This document shows positions 1 to 8,960 of a DNA stretch of 64,000 nucleotides, piece after piece. A model generated the notes under the pieces. It saw nothing but the letters and a program-made list of their open reading frames with translations. It made no database searches and was not told the DNA's origin. The position numbers and the translations under genes are program-made. The stretch is from Phycisphaerales bacterium (GTDB taxonomy: Bacteria > Planctomycetota > Phycisphaerae > UBA1845), in NCBI GenBank assembly GCA_020348265.1, contig CP070744.1, positions 4,993,559 through 5,057,558 on the forward strand, written 5' to 3'. Position 1 is the stretch's first letter. Every line of letters starts with the position of its first letter.

Positions 1-276
<276 letters not shown>

Positions 277-563
277 TCGCTTGAGGAGTATACGGACGAG
301 TCCTTCAACAACAGGTAGTCGGCGGCCGGACGACATCGGGCCGGCCGACACCGTCCTCGGGTTCTCCTGAGTTCAATCGCGGGTATCCAGCGTTGGGCGG
401 CTCAGGTGAACAAGCGAAAGTGAACCCGGATTGGGTTCTCACATTCGGTCATCCCGGTCGCCTCGTTGCATGTATCCGGGAAAGTGCTACGCTTAGACGA
501 CAGTAACCCGGCTGCGGAGCCGGGCATGCTTTCATTTATCGTGGGTATTGAGACTCAGCTGCC

Positions 564-1643
564 ATGAACGGACAACGAATGCTTTGGGCGACGTGTGTCG
601 TCCTGCCTCTTTTGGTCACAGGTTGTCAGACAACTCAGTCGCGCTCTTTGCAGCCCCTGGTGCAGTTTGACACGAATCTCGGCAAGATCACTCTTGAGCT
701 GGACGGCGAGCAGGCTCCCCGCGCCGTACTGAATTTCGTCGAGTATGTCGAGGACGGGTTCTACGATGGAACGGTCTTCCATCGCGTCCTGCAGGACTCG
801 CTGGTTCAAGGCGGTGGTTATACGCCGGATCTGGAGAAGAAGACTCAGAAACTGCGAGAGGGAATCCGGCGGGACCCCGACAACGGCCTGAGAAACACGC
901 GAGGCGCCATCGCTATGGTCCACGCGCCGGGCCGGACTGTGCCCATCCAGTCAGAGTTCTTCTTGAATGTCAGCGACAATCCGAGCCTCGACCAATGGCA
1001 GGGCGACAGTCCGGGATACACGGTTTTTGGGAAGGTCGTCGAAGGCATGGAGACGGTGGATCGGATAGGCGGGACGCCTCTGGGGCCTCATACGAACTAC
1101 GCTGGTGGACAACTGCCCGTCGTGCCGGTTGATGCCGTGGTGATCAGGAGCGCCAGGATGATGACCGCGTACAATCCGCGTGATCTCCGAGCGGTGATAG
1201 ACGCGGCTGAGGCTGAAGCACAACGCTTGCTCCGAGAGGCTGAAGAAGCCAGAGAGAGGGCTTTTCGCCAGAAAATAGAAGAGGTAGAAGCAGAGTATGG
1301 GAAGCTGACGACAACCGAGTCCGGGCTTCAGTATGTGGATATGCGCGTCGGAATCGGGCCCATGCCGTTGCCTGAAGATGCGGTGAGATTTCACTACCGG
1401 GCGACGTATTCTGACGGCACGGAGATCGCCGATTCGTGGCAGAGTGAGCCAAGGTCAAACCCTGTCAGCCGAATGCTGCCAGGCGTTCGGGAGGGGGTCC
1501 TGTCGATGAAGGAGGGTGGAAAGCGTTTTATGGTTATCCCCCCGGAGCTTGGCTACGGAAGTGAAGGCGTGAAGGGCAGGATTCGAGGCGGCGCTACCCT
1601 CCTCTTTGAAATCGAGCTGCTGGCTATAGAGGAGGCTGAGTAG
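564..1643 (+). CDS. dual-domain PPIase lipoprotein: N-terminal cyclophilin-type domain fused to C-terminal FKBP-type domain
   Basis: Lipoprotein signal (LLVTGCQ). Cyclophilin motifs: FHRVLQDSLVQGGG, TVFGKVVEGMETVDRI. The C-terminus (GLQYVDMRVGIGP...RFHYRATYSDGTEIADSW...LGYGSEGVKGRIRGGATLLFEIELLAI) is a typical FKBP fold. Confidence 0.85.
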   Translation: MNGQRMLWATCVVLPLLVTGCQTTQSRSLQPLVQFDTNLGKITLELDGEQAPRAVLNFVEYVEDGFYDGTVFHRVLQDSLVQGGGYTPDLEKKTQKLREGIRRDPDNGLRNTRGAIAMVHAPGRTVPIQSEFFLNVSDNPSLDQWQGDSPGYTVFGKVVEGMETVDRIGGTPLGPHTNYAGGQLPVVPVDAVVIRSARMMTAYNPRDLRAVIDAAEAEAQRLLREAEEARERAFRQKIEEVEAEYGKLTTTESGLQYVDMRVGIGPMPLPEDAVRFHYRATYSDGTEIADSWQSEPRSNPVSRMLPGVREGVLSMKEGGKRFMVIPPELGYGSEGVKGRIRGGATLLFEIELLAIEEAE

Positions 1644-1685
1644 TCCCCGTTAGCTACTGATGTCCAGTCCATTGACCACGCTACG

Positions 1686-2150
1686 GTGGCAGCACAGTCA
1701 AGCCGCCCCGCTGAATTGCGTATGTCCACGGAATCCCCTCATCCACTGAGCGATCGAGACGAAACGCCTCCGACTATGCCCCAGGCCGGGAATCGCGTAC
1801 GCCTGGCTCGCAAGTTTACGTTCGAGGCAGGACACCGGCTTCCCCACGCTCCGCCGGATCACAAGTGCCGGGGAATTCACGGGCACAGTTTCACGGTTGA
1901 AATCGTCTGCGAAGGGGAGATCGACCCGCAGTCCGGCTGGTTGATCGATTTTGCGGACATCAAACACGCATTTGCCCCGCTCCTTGCTAGACTCGATCAC
2001 CGCATGCTCAACGATATTGAGGGCCTCGAGAATCCCACGGTTGAGAACCTCGCCCGATGGATCTGGATCCGCCTGAAACCCCAACTACACGTGCTTGCGC
2101 AGGTCAACGTGTATGAAACCCACGCAGCTCGCTGCGAGTACAGGGGGTAG
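1686..2150 (+). CDS. queD: 6-carboxy-5,6,7,8-tetrahydropterin synthase (QueD / PTPS family)
   Basis: C-x3-HGH motif (HKCRGIHGHSF) and FTFEAGHRLP; overall PTPS-like. The real start may be the internal Met near nt 1722. Confidence 0.8.
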   Translation: MAAQSSRPAELRMSTESPHPLSDRDETPPTMPQAGNRVRLARKFTFEAGHRLPHAPPDHKCRGIHGHSFTVEIVCEGEIDPQSGWLIDFADIKHAFAPLLARLDHRMLNDIEGLENPTVENLARWIWIRLKPQLHVLAQVNVYETHAARCEYRG

Positions 2151-2227
2151 GAACGGGCGGATACGCCGGTGGCATGTGTTTGCTTGGCAGCGCCGTGACG
2201 GTGATACGGATTTTCTTCCGTGCGCAG

Positions 2228-2266
2228 AAAAAGGGCCGGCAGGTCGAATGATCGTCCTGCCGGCCC
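2228..2266 (-). terminator. intrinsic terminator for the giant minus-strand gene
   Basis: Perfect 11-bp stem GGGCCGGCAGG/CCTGCCGGCCC (2233-2243 / 2256-2266) with a 12-nt loop, followed on the minus strand by TTTTT (the AAAAA at 2228-2232 on the plus strand). It sits 35 nt downstream of the stop of the 2301-8618 gene. Confidence 0.5.
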
Positions 2267-2300
2267 GCGCTATTGCGCTAGTTGTGTGCTTCCCGACGTT

Positions 2301-5300
2301 CTACGGATAGACAAACGCCGTCTCGAACACCACATAACCCACCTGCTCGGTTGTGTGGTTGCGCTCGATGTCGCCGATTTGGTCCTCATCGATCACGACA
2401 TCCAGCGTTGTTGCTGTGGTCGGGTTTGCACCGTAGGTGTAGGACCAACCACCGTTTCCGCCGTCGACACCGGCCAGAGTGGTTACCGCCATCGTCGGTA
2501 CCGAAGCAAACGCTGTGTTGAACGTGTAGGTGAACGGTGGACCGTTGGTGATGCCACGCACGGTATCCGCACCTACCAGAGCCTCGAAGGCAACTCCGCC
2601 TATCGTGCCGTGACCGGCCTCGAAGACGATGAAGCCCACCGTCTCATCGGCCCGTGTCGTGTTCGTGTCCTCGGCTACCTCCTTACCCGTCTTCAATGCG
2701 CTAGCCGACGGCGGATTGGTCCGGAAAGTGCCCTGACACCAGAAGACAGACCAGAGCGGATCGTTCTCACTCATCACCTGGCCGATCACAACAGGGTTGG
2801 TGTAGGTGTTGCCGTACGTCTGGGTCTCACCCACCCAGCTGTTGTTCTCGTCCGTGACGGTCGAGAGATAAGTCTGGGCCTCGATGTCGACACCATCGAT
2901 CGTCCAGGCGCCTTCTTCGACCACCAAACAGCTGACATCCTCGGCCGCGACTGCACCACCTGACGGATTCTGCAGGCGGATGTCAAAGCTCGTGGACGTC
3001 ACGCTGCTGATGCGAGTTACCACTGGCGTGGTGTTGTTGGCGTACTCCGCCGAGCAAACCACAACCGGATTGACGTACGTGTTGGTCAGGTTTACCGTCA
3101 CGTAGCTAGCGCCCACGCTTACCGTGCCACCTTCCATCTGGGCAACAGGTCCGGTGAGACACTCGTCGTTCACTTCATCGCAGCCCTGTCCCGGACAGGG
3201 ATCGCTGCCCGCCTGGCAGAAGCCACCGACGCAAGTCTCCGCTCCGTTGCAGAAGAGCCCGTCGTCGCACTCGGGATTCGTCTCACAGTCATAGCAGCTG
3301 TCGCCGCCCTCGTCGCAGTACTGGCCCGGACACGGATCGCTACCGCCCTGGCAGTCCAGGGTGGCGTTGCAGACCTCCGCACCATCACAGAACGCGCCGT
3401 TATCGCAGTATGCGTCATTGGGCACGTTATCGCACGAGTCGGTGCCTTCGTTGCACGAGTCATCCGTGCATCCGACGCCGTCGTTGCAGTCAACGGTTGT
3501 ACCGGCCTGGCAGCCGAGCACCTCATCGCAGGTCTCGGCGCCGTCGCAGTACGCTCCATTGTCACAGTTGGCATTATCGGGCACATTGTCGCAGGAATCC
3601 GTGCCTTCATTGCAGGAATCGTCCGTGCAGGCAACGCCGTCGCCGCAATCAACGGCGGTTCCATCGACGCAGCTGCCGCTCACGCAGTCTTCGACACCGT
3701 TGCAGTACAGCCCGTCATCACAATCAGCCGGGACGCCGCATTCCGGCCCGGCCGATGCGGTCATGGCAACGTCATCGACGCAGATGTCGCTGGTATAGCT
3801 GGTACCGGTGACACCCCGGAAGCGTATCTTGATCAGCGTGCCGTCATAGGCGCTCAGATCCACGGCGGCCTGGTACCAGGTATCGCCCTGGTTTCCGGAC
3901 AGGCTCCACACTTCCGCCCAGTCAACGCAGTCCTCGGACACCTCCACATACAGAGTGCCCATAGCTGCACCGTACATGTGGTACCAGAAGGTCATCTCCG
4001 CGGCACTGGCTCCGGTGAAGTCGAAGCACGGTCCCTCGATGATGCCGGTCACGTTGGGATAGTTCGGGCTGGACGCTTCGGTGTACACGTAGTACGTACC
4101 GCCGTGAGCCCCGGACGGCCCCGTGCTGCTTGATGAAGTCGAACCGGTGTTTCGCGTCCAGTCCATTGCATCACCGCCGACGTTGACCCAATCTCCCCAT
4201 CCGCTTTCGTATCCTTCCGAATACGGGAAGGAGGAGATTTGGGTGGCGCAATCGTTGTAGCAGACACCGCTGACGCAAGTGTCGACCGTGCAGTCGTTTC
4301 CGTCATCGCACTGCCCGTTTTCGGTGCAGGGTATACAGACATCGCTCGCCTCATCGCAGCCCTGCATCGGGCAGGGATACGTGCCCGGCTGGCAGAATCC
4401 GCCGGCGCAGGTCTCCGCTCCGTTGCAGAAGAGGCCATCGTCGCACTCAGGATCGCCGCCGCAGGTAACCGCCGGCGTGATGGTCAGCGAGAGATCGTCA
4501 ATGGTCATATCACTGGTATAGCTGCTGCCCGTTACACCCCGCCAGCGCATCTTGACCTTCTGGAGCGCATATGCCGACAGATCGACGCTGGCCTGATACC
4601 AGGAGTTACCCTGATTCCCGGATAGACTCCACACCGTATCCCAGGTGACGCAGTCCTCGGATACCTCAAGGTTGAGCGTACCCATGGCGGTTCCGTACAT
4701 GTGGTACCAGAAGGTCAGGTCCGCGTCACTAGCTCCGGTGAAGTCGAAGCACGGGCCTTCGAGGATTGCCGTTTTACTGGGATAGTTGGGGCTGGAAGCC
4801 TCCGTGTAAACGTACCAGGTCCCACCATGAGCGGCCGATGGCCCTGTGCTGCTCGATGGAGTCCCGCCACTGTCGCGGGTCCAATCCATGTCATCGCCGC
4901 CGACATTGCCCCAATCACCCCAGCCACTCTCGAATCCTTCGGTGTAGGGGAACGTTGATACTTCAGTCGAGCAATCGTTGTAGCAGACGCCGTCTATGCA
5001 GTCGTCGACCGTGCAATCACTGCTATCGTCGCAATCTGCGGGTACGGCGCACTCTGCGGCCTCGCACTGGTCTGTAGTCTCGTTGCAGTACTGCGGGGCG
5101 CAGGGATCACCGCTTGATACGCAGTCCGAAACGGGATCACAACTTTCCGTGCCGTTGCAGAACAGCCCGTCGTCCGGGCAGTTGGTGTCGTTGGCTACGT
5201 TGTCACACGAGTCCGTTCCTTCGTTGCAGGAATCGTCCGTGCACCCCACGCCGTCGCTGCAATCGATGGCCGTTCCGGACCGGCAATCGAGCGTGGCATG

Positions 5301-8300
5301 GCAAATCTCTGTACCGTCGCAGTAAAGGCCGTTGTCGCAATTGGCATCGTTGGCGATGTTGTCGCACGAGTCCGTGCCCTCGTTGCAGGAATCGTCCGTG
5401 CACCCCACGGCGTCATTACAGTCGACGGCCGAGCCGGACTGGCAATCCAACGTTGTGTGGCAGGTCTCGGCTCCATCGCAGTACAGGCCGTTATCGCAGT
5501 TGGCGTTGTTGGCGATATTGTCACACGAATCCGTGCCTTCATTGCAGGAATCGTCCGTGCAGCCAACGCCGTCATTGCAGTCTACAGCCGTGCCAGCCTG
5601 GCAGGTCCCGCCCACGCATGTCTCTGCGCCATTGCAATACACGCCGTCATCGCAATCGGGATCGCCTCCACAGTCGTAGCAGAAATCGCCGCCCTCGTCA
5701 CAAAGTTGACCCGGACATGGATCGCTGCCCGCCCGGCAATCCAGCGTGGCGTGACAGGTCTCCGTCCCATCGCAGAACAGGCCATTATCGCAGTTGCCGT
5801 CGTCGGCGATGTTGTCGCAAGAATCCGTGCCTTCGTTGCACGAGTCGTTGGTGCAACCCACGCCATCATTGCAGTCGACGGTGGTTCCGGCTTGGCAGTC
5901 GGAGGTCGCATGGCACCATTCTGCACCATCGCAATACAGACCATTGTCACAGTTGGCATCGTTAGTGAGGTTATCACACGAGTCCGTACCTTCGTTGCAG
6001 GAGTCATCCGTGCAGCCCACACCGTCATTGCAGTCAACAGCCGTGCCGGACTGGCAATCCAACGTGGCATGGCAAGTCTCCGCGCCGTCGCAGTAGAGAC
6101 CATTATCGCAGTTGGCATCGTTGGCGACGTTGTCACACGAGTCCGTGCCTTCATTGCAGGAGTCGTCCGTGCATCCCACGCCGTCGTTGCAGTTGACGCT
6201 CGTTCCCGACTGGCAATCCAACGTAGCATGGCATGTTTCCGCGCCATCGCAGTAGAGGCCGTTATCGCAGTTGGCATCGATGGCGATGTTGTCGCAGGAA
6301 TCGGTGCCCTCGTTGCAGGAGTCATCCGTGCATCCTACGGCGTCGTTGCAGTCGACAGCCGTGCCGCTTTGGCAGTCACCGTACGCATCGCAGGTTTCCA
6401 CGCCGTTGCAGTAGGCCCCATCTGAGCAGGCGGCATCGTTGGTGCACTCGCACGCGGGGCAGGGTCCGCCACAGTCGATGCGATCCTCTCCCTGGTTCTG
6501 AATCCCGTCGCTGCAAGTCGCGGTGCCAGTGTTACGGCCCCAGATCTGCACGTCATCAATATTCCAGCCGCAGAACTGCCAGGAAGTGTCAGTCGTACCC
6601 ATGGTCCATCGGAGGTAGACGGTGGGTTGATTGTCCGCAATCGCGGAGATGTCGAACTCCTGGAGGGTCCAGGCGGTGTCAGCCACCTGGGCGCTGTTCT
6701 GCCATACCGTCGTCCAAGTGCTACCGTTGTTGCTCACCCTGAAATAAGCATGGTCGTAGGTGTTGACCTCGACGCCGAGCCAGCGCTGAAAGGTCACACT
6801 CACTTCCACCAGATCGGTGCAGTCAATTGCGGTCGTGGTCAAATGTGTCTCGGGAAGGCTGTTTTCATAGTCTCCGCTGAGGTTATAGCCGTACACGTTC
6901 GTGCCGGTGTATCCACTGGTCGGATCAGGCCCGCCATACTGTCCGCCACCGCCGGTCGGCTGCCCCCATGCCCAGAGCCCCTCGACCGACCACCCCGGAT
7001 TCGTGTTCATGGTCCATTCATACTGAACCGTTGGGGCCTCGACGCATTGGTCGTTCACTTCGTCACAGGACTGCCCCGGACAAGGATCGCTGCCCGCCTG
7101 ACAGGATTGCGACACGCAAGTCTCCGCACCATTGCAGAAGAGGCCGTCGTCGCAATCGGGATCGCCGGTGCAGGGAGCGAGCAAGTTCAACGTGTTGATC
7201 ACGTCGATGCGACCATACCCGTAGGCGCGGTCGAACCCGGCCGGGCCCATGTCGATGGCCCCGTCGCGGATGATCTGGCGTACCTCAGCGGGTGTAAGCG
7301 TCGGATCCACGTCCAAGACCAAGGCGACGAGACCGGCTACGGTGGGGCAGGACATGCTTGTGCCGCTCATACCCGTGATCGAGGCACCACCAGCAGCCGT
7401 GCTCGCGGACCAGATGTTCGCACCCGGGGCGGTCACGTCGAGATAGTCACTCTCGTTGCTGAAGCAGCCGACATCGTCCGTCTGAGGGGCATAGTCGGTG
7501 CAGATTCCCCAGTTCCAGTTTGTGGTGGGGTCTTCGCAAGTCGGATAGTCGTTCTTCCAGGTCATTCCCACGGCGATGACATCGACACCGCAGGCCGGCG
7601 AACCCATAGCGTTGCTGTAGTTCTCATTGCCGGAGGCGGCCACAGCCACGACGCCGTTAGCTACGGCATTATTCGCCGCGACAGCCCAGCTGTGTGTACA
7701 CGGCCCGCTGTAGTTCCCGGTGCCAATACTCATGCTGATAACGTCAGCCTGTGCACCGGATGCCGACTGGTCTGCGCAGTAGTCAATACCCGCGATGATG
7801 TCGCTGTCATAACCGCCGCCGGCAAAGTTCAGGACCTTGCACCCGATCAGTGTCGCTTCCGGAGCCACACCCTGGAATGGCATCGATCCTGTGCCGCAGG
7901 GGTCCCAGCTTATTCCGGTTCCACCGAGGGCAATGCCGGAACAGTGTGATCCGTGGCCGTTGTCGTCTTCAGGGTTGTTGTCATCGTTATAGAAGTCGTA
8001 CCCTTTCGACGTATCGATTCGATCAGAGTACATCACGTGATCCGAGTCGATCCCGGTGTCGACGACGCAGATGCGCACGCCGGCTCCGTCCGCGGACAAG
8101 CCCGCTCCAGTTATCTGACTCTGCAGGCCGCGAATCAAGGGAATGCTGTCGTGGAGTTTGAGGACGTTGGGATGATATTCATCCTTCTCGACTTTCACTA
8201 CACCTGGCATGTTCCTCAGTGCGTCAACCTGATCTTCCGGAATATCCCGCAGGTTGAGTACGTTGGGCATGGTGTCCCCGTACTCGTAATGCACTTTTCC

Positions 8301-8618
8301 TTTGTTTAGCGCGGCGAAGCTCCGGACATCTGCACGCTCGACCGCGTTGCGCGTGAACATCGGTTCCATGTAAACCAGCACGCTGACCAAGCCCGCTTTG
8401 GCTCGCGGACCGTCCATCGACATGGCATCTGCCGATTCCACAGCGCTAGGAACCGACATATCGGGGAGCGGAGTGTCATAATATGCTTCGTCAACCTGCA
8501 GGTTTATGGTCCCGGTATCGGAGCCTCCTGCTGACCAGTCCACACCGGTACCCAAGGCCAACACGGCGACCATAGCTGGCAGCCAGGTACATCTTTTTTG
8601 TTGAAGCACCCGTCTCAT
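2301..8618 (-). CDS. giant secreted multidomain subtilisin-like serine peptidase (S8) with I9-like propeptide, three MAM-like beta-sandwich domains, nine 53-aa Cys-rich repeat modules and an unassigned C-terminal domain
   Basis: Signal peptide MRRVLQQKRCTWLPAMVAVLALG (preferred start at 8618; the track ORF extends to 8705). Catalytic triad motifs VVDTGID, GHGSHCSG, GTSMSCP. MAM-like segments (FPYTEGFESGWGDW...). Repeated DCNDGVGCTDDSCNEGTDSCDN.ANDANCDNGLYCDGAETCHATLDCQSGTAV modules. Confidence 0.85.
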   Translation of the reverse strand: MRRVLQQKRCTWLPAMVAVLALGTGVDWSAGGSDTGTINLQVDEAYYDTPLPDMSVPSAVESADAMSMDGPRAKAGLVSVLVYMEPMFTRNAVERADVRSFAALNKGKVHYEYGDTMPNVLNLRDIPEDQVDALRNMPGVVKVEKDEYHPNVLKLHDSIPLIRGLQSQITGAGLSADGAGVRICVVDTGIDSDHVMYSDRIDTSKGYDFYNDDNNPEDDNGHGSHCSGIALGGTGISWDPCGTGSMPFQGVAPEATLIGCKVLNFAGGGYDSDIIAGIDYCADQSASGAQADVISMSIGTGNYSGPCTHSWAVAANNAVANGVVAVAASGNENYSNAMGSPACGVDVIAVGMTWKNDYPTCEDPTTNWNWGICTDYAPQTDDVGCFSNESDYLDVTAPGANIWSASTAAGGASITGMSGTSMSCPTVAGLVALVLDVDPTLTPAEVRQIIRDGAIDMGPAGFDRAYGYGRIDVINTLNLLAPCTGDPDCDDGLFCNGAETCVSQSCQAGSDPCPGQSCDEVNDQCVEAPTVQYEWTMNTNPGWSVEGLWAWGQPTGGGGQYGGPDPTSGYTGTNVYGYNLSGDYENSLPETHLTTTAIDCTDLVEVSVTFQRWLGVEVNTYDHAYFRVSNNGSTWTTVWQNSAQVADTAWTLQEFDISAIADNQPTVYLRWTMGTTDTSWQFCGWNIDDVQIWGRNTGTATCSDGIQNQGEDRIDCGGPCPACECTNDAACSDGAYCNGVETCDAYGDCQSGTAVDCNDAVGCTDDSCNEGTDSCDNIAIDANCDNGLYCDGAETCHATLDCQSGTSVNCNDGVGCTDDSCNEGTDSCDNVANDANCDNGLYCDGAETCHATLDCQSGTAVDCNDGVGCTDDSCNEGTDSCDNLTNDANCDNGLYCDGAEWCHATSDCQAGTTVDCNDGVGCTNDSCNEGTDSCDNIADDGNCDNGLFCDGTETCHATLDCRAGSDPCPGQLCDEGGDFCYDCGGDPDCDDGVYCNGAETCVGGTCQAGTAVDCNDGVGCTDDSCNEGTDSCDNIANNANCDNGLYCDGAETCHTTLDCQSGSAVDCNDAVGCTDDSCNEGTDSCDNIANDANCDNGLYCDGTEICHATLDCRSGTAIDCSDGVGCTDDSCNEGTDSCDNVANDTNCPDDGLFCNGTESCDPVSDCVSSGDPCAPQYCNETTDQCEAAECAVPADCDDSSDCTVDDCIDGVCYNDCSTEVSTFPYTEGFESGWGDWGNVGGDDMDWTRDSGGTPSSSTGPSAAHGGTWYVYTEASSPNYPSKTAILEGPCFDFTGASDADLTFWYHMYGTAMGTLNLEVSEDCVTWDTVWSLSGNQGNSWYQASVDLSAYALQKVKMRWRGVTGSSYTSDMTIDDLSLTITPAVTCGGDPECDDGLFCNGAETCAGGFCQPGTYPCPMQGCDEASDVCIPCTENGQCDDGNDCTVDTCVSGVCYNDCATQISSFPYSEGYESGWGDWVNVGGDAMDWTRNTGSTSSSSTGPSGAHGGTYYVYTEASSPNYPNVTGIIEGPCFDFTGASAAEMTFWYHMYGAAMGTLYVEVSEDCVDWAEVWSLSGNQGDTWYQAAVDLSAYDGTLIKIRFRGVTGTSYTSDICVDDVAMTASAGPECGVPADCDDGLYCNGVEDCVSGSCVDGTAVDCGDGVACTDDSCNEGTDSCDNVPDNANCDNGAYCDGAETCDEVLGCQAGTTVDCNDGVGCTDDSCNEGTDSCDNVPNDAYCDNGAFCDGAEVCNATLDCQGGSDPCPGQYCDEGGDSCYDCETNPECDDGLFCNGAETCVGGFCQAGSDPCPGQGCDEVNDECLTGPVAQMEGGTVSVGASYVTVNLTNTYVNPVVVCSAEYANNTTPVVTRISSVTSTSFDIRLQNPSGGAVAAEDVSCLVVEEGAWTIDGVDIEAQTYLSTVTDENNSWVGETQTYGNTYTNPVVIGQVMSENDPLWSVFWCQGTFRTNPPSASALKTGKEVAEDTNTTRADETVGFIVFEAGHGTIGGVAFEALVGADTVRGITNGPPFTYTFNTAFASVPTMAVTTLAGVDGGNGGWSYTYGANPTTATTLDVVIDEDQIGDIERNHTTEQVGYVVFETAFVYP
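3380..3700. repeat. tandem coding repeat block 2: two further copies of the same ~159-bp Cys-rich module unit
   Basis: The same DNA motif recurs at about 3430 and 3590; the protein shows DCGDGVACTDDSCNEGTDSCDN... and DCNDGVGCTDDSCNEGTDSCDN... Confidence 0.6.
5140..6430. repeat. tandem coding repeat block 1: about seven copies of a ~159-bp unit (one copy carries a 135-bp insert) inside the giant peptidase gene
   Basis: Near-identical DNA strings recur at ~155-160 bp spacing, e.g. gtcacacga(g/a)tccgtgccttc(g/a)ttgcagga(g/a)tcgtccgtgca at about 5205, 5365, 5520, 5815, 5980, 6135 and 6290. Coordinates are approximate. Confidence 0.7.
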
Positions 8619-8883
8619 GATCTGTTCACTCCAAAAATGTAGACCTATAGCCGTGGCCGAGCCGAGCATTGGCCGATATGAAAACCTGGCCCAGCCACCC
8701 TCCATTCAACCTTGCGTTCTCGATAGAAGAAGCATGACGCACGCAGTACAGACCGCCCCCGTACTTTGGCGTTGAAACACACCAACCGCGCTTGCCGATG
8801 CACAGCCATAGCTGGTGCGCGAATGAAGTGCCGGCAACAACGCAGCCCACACAGCGCATCCCGAGGGAGCGGTATAGTCCGCT

Positions 8884-8912
8884 AATATAGCGAATTACGG
8901 CGGGAGCTACAA
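8884..8912 (-). promoter_or_regulatory. sigma70-like promoter candidate upstream of the giant peptidase gene
   Basis: On the minus strand: TTGTAG (8912-8907), a 17-bp spacer, then TATATT (8889-8884). It is an AT-rich island in GC-rich DNA, between the stop of the CoA-transferase gene and the peptidase start. Confidence 0.3.
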
Positions 8913-8960
8913 GAAGATTTACATTTCCTTGCGATCGCGGAGCAGATCTTGTTGTCTCGC

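Noticed and set aside
5298-6425. Long plus-strand ORFs (375 aa here; also 5114-5965, 6627-7949, 3361-3798, 4996-5325, 5794-6096) antisense to the giant peptidase gene
   Set aside because: They are low-complexity, Arg/Ala/Val-rich translations of the antisense of a GC-rich, internally repetitive gene. They lack signal, domain or motif content, and the minus-strand gene has unambiguous S8/MAM homology throughout.
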